From the NCBI RefSeq assembly GCF_009914755.1, contig NC_060945.1: 64,000 bases of DNA; one strand, written 5' to 3'. The notes under the pieces are model-generated. The model was not told the origin of the DNA and did not search any database. It saw only the letters and a program-made list of their open reading frames with translations. This DNA comes from the human T2T-CHM13v2.0 reference genome, Homo sapiens. Below, piece by piece: positions 56,251-64,000 of this stretch (position 1 is the stretch's first letter; every line of letters starts with the position of its first letter). Position numbers and translations under genes: made by a program.

Positions 56251-59200
56251 TTCACATTGTACACTGTGATGTATGCAGTTTTATGTACATCAGTTACATC
56301 TCAGCCAAGCTGTTAATAAGCAGAACTCAGGGTCCCAGGGAAGTCCAAGGACTCACTCTTCATGAGACCTCAATTAAAAGACCCAGAAAGTTTAAAATGA
56401 AAGAGATGGAGGAGTTGCCAGATTCATACCAACAGGAGAAAGAAAATTTGGAACTAACCTGGCCAGGAAAGTGGGCTGAGACTTTGTGCTGCTGGTGCTG
56501 CTGTCTGGGAAGGAGGCAGAGCAGCTCTGAGGGGCTTGGGGAGGCTGTAGTAATGAAAGGTCCTCAGATGCCAGTGGCTGATACATAGACAAGTTTATTT
56601 CCTGTTCACCTGTGTCAGCTGTGGCTCTTGTCTTCAACCCCTTCCCAAGCAACTAGTGCAGTCCCCATCTGGAGTGTCGCTGGTGTTGGAGCAGAGCAGT
56701 GAGAGCACAGACAACCACCCGCAGGACGGGAGTTATTCTTCCCACAAGAGACGCCAACTGGCCAAGACTTCAGGGGGTGGGAAGTGTAGGCCTCTCCCAG
56801 GGACAGGCAGTGAATATGCATGAGCAGTAATTCAGTCACCATCATTTGCCCTTCTGGTCACAAATATTTGCTTCCCAGCTTTCCCCATGCAAAATAAACC
56901 CTACCCAAGGAAGATGGCCCCAAAGTCTGGTCCCTTCATGGCACCAGGCTTAATGCCCAGACTCTTAATACGGTGAGTTACTCTCGCTCTGGATCTGCCC
57001 CCTCGTGCTCTGGAAACCTGAGCCGAGAAGCTGCCCACTGCCCTCCCACCCCAGTATACATGGGTGGGATCAGTTCGCAACAACTTGAACCAGCCGCACT
57101 TTCCAGTGGAGCTGAAATGGGAAATGCTGGGCACTCCTGCAGCCCAGCCCTGCTGAAAGTCTGCTGGGCACATGCAGGAGCCTCCCCGCAGGCTGGGAGT
57201 CCCTCCCGTCCTCCATCCCTGTCATTCCTGTATCCTCTGGAGCAGGTGCCGGCATTTCCATGAAAGGCGGATGGTAAATACTCAGGCTGGGTGGGCTCTG
57301 TGCTGTGTGTCCGTTGTGTGCAACTCAAAGGTGCCTGCTCGGCTTTCCTCCTTGGCCACAGGGAAGTGGGCCTGGGAGAGTGTGTGTCCCTGGAGGCAGA
57401 GTGGCCTCTCCGCCCCGCAGCCCGTCGCACGCTTGACTTCTGGTCCCTCAGGAGGCAGCCTGCTCTGAGTACCCACGGTCATGCCCAGGCTCCTTTGGGG
57501 GCTGGATGGAGGAGCTCCACCTCTGTCCCCGTGCCCCCTAGCAGCTCTGCCCAACTGGAAGCCTTGTGCCAGCGGTGTGGACAGAAGGTGTTGTGTCTGA
57601 CTTGTGTCTTCCCACATTTCACAGGTCGAACTTACCAGGTGAAGCTGGATTACTTCCCGGCCTCCTTATAATGGAAAGAGCCAGTGTAGGAGCTGGGACA
57701 GGGATGGAAGGGCCATTGGCCGAGTTTGAGATGGCATTTCACAACTCCAGGGTGCCACGGTTTCACAACTCCAGAGCAGGGGTATAAGCCTGTCCTCTGC
57801 TGCTCTGGGCCAGGGCTCTGGATGGGCCCCACGTGGTGGGGGCCTTCAGATTCTCTGAGATTCAAAGCTCTTTGGAGAGAGGACACTTTGCTGGGGAGAA
57901 GGTGCGTGGTCCATTTCTCCAGGAGTCCGTGGCTTCTGCAATTGTGAGCTGCTGTCCTCATCGAACACCCTCAGCACACTGGCATAGCTCCCTGCACAGG
58001 GAGCCCGGGACCAGGCAGAGGGTGCTGGGCAGAACCCCTTCCCGCTGGGCCTCTCTTTGGCATTCCTCCTCTCTCTCCTCGGCATTCCTTCTCTGGGCCT
58101 GGCTTTAGAGTGTCCCAGTGTCTCTTGCAGTGTTTTCTGAACATTTTGTGGCCTAGCGGTACCGGGACGGTTCTTTTAGACACTCGTAAGAAGCCAAGCC
58201 ACAGGAAGCTACTTTCCTTGTGCAAATCCTGGGTTACTGGGTTTCCTCACCCCAGACCCCACCTGAAGAGCAAAGTTCTGAAGGACAAGTGGCTGTTAAT
58301 GCCGTGCAGCTGGCTACACCCGGTGCGAAGGGAATCCCCGCTGTTCCTCCACAGGCTGCCCAGGCACCCTGCAGGGCCCTCCCCACCTGCCCCCCAGGCT
58401 CATACATTTGTCCCACTTGAAGCGGGGAGGCCTGGTTCCCCTGACATTCTGCTGCCAGGAAGATGCAGCTCTAGGGCAGTGCAGGCATGTTCTTCAAGTG
58501 GGCCCTCATCCTGGCAATCTCACCATGCCATGGCAACTGCCAGTAACCTCAGCTTTCACCCACCAGCCTGAGACCAGCTTCTGCTGCCCTGCTGCGATCG
58601 CTGTGGTCTCCACCTTAGTTTGGGGCCTGCCTGCTCAGCAGGGTAGTGGCCTCCCTGGGCCTCCAAGAGCCATGTTTCCCTAGGCAAGTAGGAGGCTGTG
58701 GCCCCAAGGGGATGGAGGAAGCCTTCCCCTGACCCTTTTGGGGGCATGCAGTACATGTGGGCCCTGCAACCCTAGACCAGTCTCCAGGCAGGGCAAATGG
58801 CCCCTCTGTGCCCCATAGCCTCGTCCTAACATACGTGCAAATGTGCACTGTGGAGACCACTCCTGCCCCTACCCTGGGAGCCTGAGCCCCACCAACGGCA
58901 CTGGCTCTGCAGGGAGCCCCTCTTTCCTGCACAGTGCAGGCATCTCCTCTTAGGCCGCTCCTCTGAGCCCCTCCATGGGAGGATCGTGAACACATAGCCT
59001 TTCAGAGGCCTCTATAATGCGCCGAGCAGTTGTGTCACTGAACGTGAAGAGGAGACCTGCCAGACTATGGACAGCAGGCTCGCTGGGAGAGCAGGGTGGA
59101 GTGAGGCCACTGACGCGGGAGCCCTGCTGTGGGGGGTGTGTGCGCATGCTCAGCACAGCCTAGGGCAGGGCTTCTAGTGCAGGCAGCGCAGCACCTGGCT

Positions 59201-59851
59201 CTGGAGGCCAGTGAAGGGAGGGAAGAAAGCCTGGACCAGGAGGACACCAAGGACTGCCCCTGGGACAGCAGCCGCCCCTTTCCACCCCTTCCCCACTGCC
59301 TGGGTTGGTGAAATGGTAGAAGCTCTTCTCTAATTAAATGCTCATCCTTACGTAAATCATAGCTTTAATAAATTAATCAATGGTTTGGGAATTGGGTATA
59401 CGAACATTTATAAGCCAGTATTATGATGCCGAAAATGTTTCATGATGAGGCCTTCCCAGAAAGGCGGGGAATCGAGAGTGACGTAGTCACCCTCCACCTT
59501 TGTCCCTGCTGTCTATGAAGAAGGAGTGCTGTGCCCTCTGCCCTCCTCTCCCGGGCTCTTGGCAGCTTCCCGGCCGGCAGCAGTCCCCACGCTGCCCAGG
59601 CGGAGCAGCCCCTCTGCCCCCCACTCTGGAGCTGAAGCCAGTTTTCTCAACGAGTGTCTCTGGAGTCTGTCCTGCCCTCCTGCTGGCTTGTTCTTCTCTC
59701 CTGGCCTCAAGGAAAGGCCTCCTGACTTGCCTCCCTGCAGCTGGCTCTGCTCCGAGGGCCCTGATCACAGGCTCACTGAGGTGTCTGTCCAGGCCATGAG
59801 GCTGGCTAGCTCCAGGCAGATCCTCCGCTCACTCCTCGGGGCGGCGCCGGC

Positions 59852-60039
59852 TGTCTCTACAAAAAAATATAAAAATTAGCTGGGTGTGTGGCATGCGCCT
59901 GTAATCCAAACTACCTAGCAGGCTGAGGTGGGAGGATCGCTTGAGCCCAGGAGGTGCAGGTTGGAGTGAGCCAAGATCACGCCACTGCTGTCCAGCCAGG
60001 GCAACAGAGTTAGATGCTGTCTCAAAAAAAAAAAAAAAA
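59852..60039 (+). mobile_element. 5'-truncated AluJ
   Basis: Linker plus right arm GGCTGAGGTGGGAGGATCGCTTGAGCCCAGG, with A-tail. Confidence 0.85.
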
Positions 60040-60315
60040 TCAAAACTGATAAACAACTTAGGGAATTAATGGAAGAAAACATGAAAATTTGATGTGCATA
60101 TAGATGGTGAGGTCTGTTGTTGAAAGTTTGGTTCTCAGCAGGATTTTCTAAAGAATTTCATAGCTTTTCAACCTGAATTGTGCTGTATTCCATACACTGG
60201 AAAGCACTGCACTGGTCATGTTACTGGAAGGGGGTCCCGATCCAGACTCCGAGAGAGGGGTCTTGAATCTCACACAAGAAAGAATTCAGGGCAAGTCCAT
60301 AAAGTGAAAGCAAGT

Positions 60316-60623
<308 letters not shown>

Positions 60624-60756
60624 AAAGCAAGTAGATTAAGAAGGTAAAGGGATAAAGAATGGCTACTTCATACGCAGAGCAGCCCCGAGGGCTGCTGGTG
60701 CCCATTTTTATGGTTCTTGATTGTATACTAAACAAAGGGGGGATTATTCATGAGTG

Positions 60757-60786
60757 TTCTGGGAAAGGCATGCGCAATTCCTGGAG
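60757..60786. promoter_or_regulatory. Tandem STAT GAS motifs in MER41 (one perfect, one with a mismatch)
   Basis: TTCTGGGAA at 60757-60765; TTCCTGGAG at 60778-60786. Confidence 0.6.
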
Positions 60787-61323
60787 CTGAGGGGATTTTA
60801 CACCATACGGTAACTTCCTGATGTTGCCATGGCGTTTGTAAACTGTTATGGTGCTGGTGAGAGTGTAGCAGTGAGGACGACCAGAGGTCACGCTCATCTC
60901 CATCTTAGTTTTGGTGGGGTTTGGCCAACTTTTTTACTGCAACCTGTTTTATCAGCAGGGTCTTTATGACCCTGTATCTTGTGCTGACCGCCTATCTCAT
61001 CCCAAGACTTAGAATGCTTAACCATCTGGGAATGCAGCCCAACAGGTCTCAGCCTTATTTTACCCAGCCCTTACTCAAGATGTAGTCACTCTGCCAAACG
61101 CCTCTGAGTGTCAGAACTTCAGCTTTGGGAAATTGACCATTCTCAGCTGTGCAGCCACCCCGGGACCCCACACCTACATCATGTTGACAATAAGTCCCAC
61201 CCCCGTGGCCCCGTGCTGACCTCGTGTTCTCCAGTGAGTGAGTCGTGGCTTCCTCCTGACATTGAGCACTCCTGGGAGCAAGAGAAGAAACAAATTTGGC
61301 AGATGGAGCTTAACAAATGCAGC

Positions 61324-61690
61324 TGTATTAGTTCGTTTTCACACTGCTATAAAGACATACCCAAGATTGGGTAATTTATAAAGGAAAGAGGTTTAATTGA
61401 CTCATAGTTCCACATGGCTGGGGAGGCCTCAGGAAACTTAGAATCATGACAGAAGCCAAAGGGGAAGCAAGCACCTTCTTCACAAGGCGGCAGGAGAGAG
61501 AAGTGTGGGCGAAGGAGGAACTTGCCAGACAAAACCATCAGATCTCGTGAGAACTCGCTATCATGAGAACGGTATGGTGGAAACTGCCCCCATGATCCAA
61601 TCACCTCCCGCCAGGTCCCTCAACACGTGGGGATTGTGGGAATTACAATTCAAGATGAGATTTGGGTGGAGACACAGCCAAACCATATCA
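61324..61690 (-). mobile_element. THE1D-like solo LTR (ERVL-MaLR)
   Basis: TGTATTAGT..AAAGGAAAGAGGTTTAATTGACTCA..CACAGCCAAACCATATCA; 5-bp TSD GCAGC on both sides. Confidence 0.93.
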
Positions 61691-63399
61691 GCAGCCAGCG
61701 AGGCTCTCTGTGGGCAGCTGTGGGCACACCCAAGGGAAGGAGTGGGCACCCCCATCCAGCAGACGGAGACACGGCCTCAGGCCATGGGCAGGCAGGAGAT
61801 ACCCCCACCTCGCGGTTATTAAATAACTATGTTACATAGTAACTGTGGGGCAGTAGGGCTTTCATTCATCAATATGTAGCATTTTTATGTTCACAGTTTT
61901 GGACTTTGCTTGCGGGTTACTTAATGCCATCAGATGGAAAGCTGAGAGAAAGCCTGTGGCCCCCCAGGCATCTCTGTAAAGAAGGCAATGCCAAGCTGAG
62001 GGTTGCTTCCCAGGCCTCACAACAGCACAACCTTAGAACCTAAAAAATCCAGCATGCTACTTGTGCATGCCAGGCTCAGAACTTTCCCACGTTGGCCCCT
62101 GGCAGCTTATTCACAAAGACTGTCTGGTTCCAGCCAACTGCCGAGGTGCTGCCCATGTCAGGAGAGTGGGTGGAGGAGGGGAGAAGGGCTTCTCAGGACA
62201 GAGGGTGTTTCTGCTTCACCAGGATTCCAGACACGGGCCACCCCCCTGAGCACGACTGGATGGTGCCCAGGCCTAGTGTATGCGCCCATGAATGTGAGTG
62301 GCCAGTGCCAGTGGCAGAGGCCAGGCCTAAGGGGCTAAGAGCTCTGGAAGGATTGTCTGTTTCTGGGCAGACCACAGGTGGCTGCTGTGGCCCCATGCAG
62401 GGCAGGGTCACGGAGGGACCACCTTGCTGGGAGGAGCTTGCAGTCCTGCCTGCCTGGGCAGGAGCTCAGGGAACACCTGACTCCCTTTTAAAGTCATAAA
62501 ATCATATTTGAATATGAAATCTTCTGTTTTTTTAAATGTTGGAAACAAATTTGGACCATGTTGGCGATTGACTCACCTGTGCTTGTCACCACCTCTGAGG
62601 ATGGCGTGGATGTTATCTGGTCACCAGAAGGAAAGCCAAGCACAGGGAAGGCTGGGGGCTGAGCCAGGACATGTCCTGGGTAGGGAAGGGAGGAGCTGGG
62701 CTGGCCAGCACCCCCACAGGCTGAGACTGCCACCGATTCACGAGTCCACGGGGCCCAGGAGTCTGGGTCTACGTGGAAGTTGTCAAGGGCCCAGACTCCA
62801 AGCAAGGCCAGGCCAAGCAGGCCTCTCAGGAAGATGCCGCACAGTGCCTGGAGCCCGGCTGGCAGCTTCTTTTCCTGGCAGTGTCGTGTCCTGTCACCAG
62901 CCGTCAGAGCGCCCTCCGACCAGGGCGCGTGTTAGAGCAGGGACTGGAAGTTGTGAATGAATGACTAAATGCTTTCCTAGAGGCTGACCGAAATTTGTGA
63001 TTAGCTAGGATGTCCATTTCCAAGGCACAGCATGTGCTGTGACTGTCTAGGGGTGGCGTCCCCATGCAGCTTGTGCTTTGGGAGGGGCCAGCTGCCTCCT
63101 CGCCACTGCCCAGCATAGCTTGTCCCCGTGCCCGCCAAAGAGGTCCTCGTGCTGGCCTCACAACAGAAGACGGCCACAGCCCTGCTCTCCCCAGGCCACC
63201 ACGTCCACGAGTGCTGCACTGTGAGGGTGCAGCCCAGCGCCTCAGAGGCAGCAGCACCTGTGAGATGGCGTGCAGATGGAAGTAGGCCAATAGACTCCAA
63301 AGGAAGCACCACTGAAAAATCAGAGGCGTCTCTCAGAGGGGGCCCACGAGGGAGGTGGTATGAAAGGTTTTTAAAAGGACAAAGCAGACTTCGGAGCTG

Positions 63400-64000
63400 C
63401 CTCTAGAGGAGAGCAGCAGGTGAGTTCCGAGTTCACCTGGCACGCTTTTCGGCAGAGCCCAGGAATGCCCACTTCTGAGCGCTGAGTGCACAACCCAGCT
63501 CGGGAGGCCTGCGGCAGCAGGAATGGGGAGGCACCGTGAGTCCCTCAAAGCGCTGCTGGAAATGTCACTCTGCGCGGTGTCCACCCGTGCTCGGGGTGGG
63601 CAGCGCCACTGAATGACGCGGGCAGCTTGGGAGGCCGGTTCGCGAACGCCGCAGCAGCCTCTGCTGACACGGGGGCTGCTCCCCACTCACAGAGCCACAG
63701 GTTCCTGTGGGTTCATTTATGAGGATGTAGGAATCATAGGAGTTAGGTACATCTTTTCCTGAGGTGAGAGCCAGATGAGGGGAGCCAAGACAGAGAATAG
63801 CCCACGTCTGCCCTGGGCCCCGGGGGCGGGGCCTACACAGGCTCCCAGGAGTGTGGGTGGGGCCTGTTTAAACTTCATGCCCCGGGACCTGCCTGGGAGC
63901 CTCCTGCACAAGACTCGCCCCACTCCGGAGGCTTAGCAGCACCGGAGCTGCTCTGTGGCCTGTTGGCAGAGAGGAGTCTGGTGCTCCTGTGCACGGGGGT
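63400..64000. promoter_or_regulatory. CpG-enriched non-repeat segment with a GC box (possible promoter or enhancer edge)
   Basis: Visibly raised CpG density; GGGGGCGGGGC near 63822. Confidence 0.3.

Overview
Great-ape (most likely human) genomic DNA: it carries Alu S/J/Y, L1PA and an SVA_D-like element. The window is repeat-dense, GC-rich and looks like distal or subtelomeric chromosome. I recognise no intact protein-coding gene, tRNA, rRNA or CRISPR array and assign no locus name. Main content: (1) an old antisense L1 with 5'UTR, ORF1 and ORF2 remnants (1-5.5 kb); (2) a MER54 LTR; (3) a full-length SVA with TSDs, a non-canonical (CTCTAC)n/(CTCCTAC)n head and a compound 3' tail (10.2-12.1 kb); (4) a 5.1-kb 41/45-bp minisatellite inside an L1MC 3' end (23.0-28.2 kb); (5) a 5'-truncated L1PA7-like element; (6) a Tigger3b-like DNA transposon whose short GAGT/GGT seed has expanded to 1.5 kb; (7) a MER41 solo LTR retaining a STAT GAS site; (8) a THE1D LTR; (9) many small local duplications. 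The longest ORFs (370-849 aa) are composition artefacts of the tandem repeats. The most intriguing unexplained signal is a possible decayed minus-strand gene: TE-poor blocks at about 47.9-51.0 kb and 32.3-35.3 kb, ending in an acceptor/stop/double-AATAAA terminal exon that converges on a plus-strand polyA site near 31.97 kb. This is a hypothesis only. Repeat subfamily calls come from remembered consensus sequences, and boundaries without TSDs are approximate.
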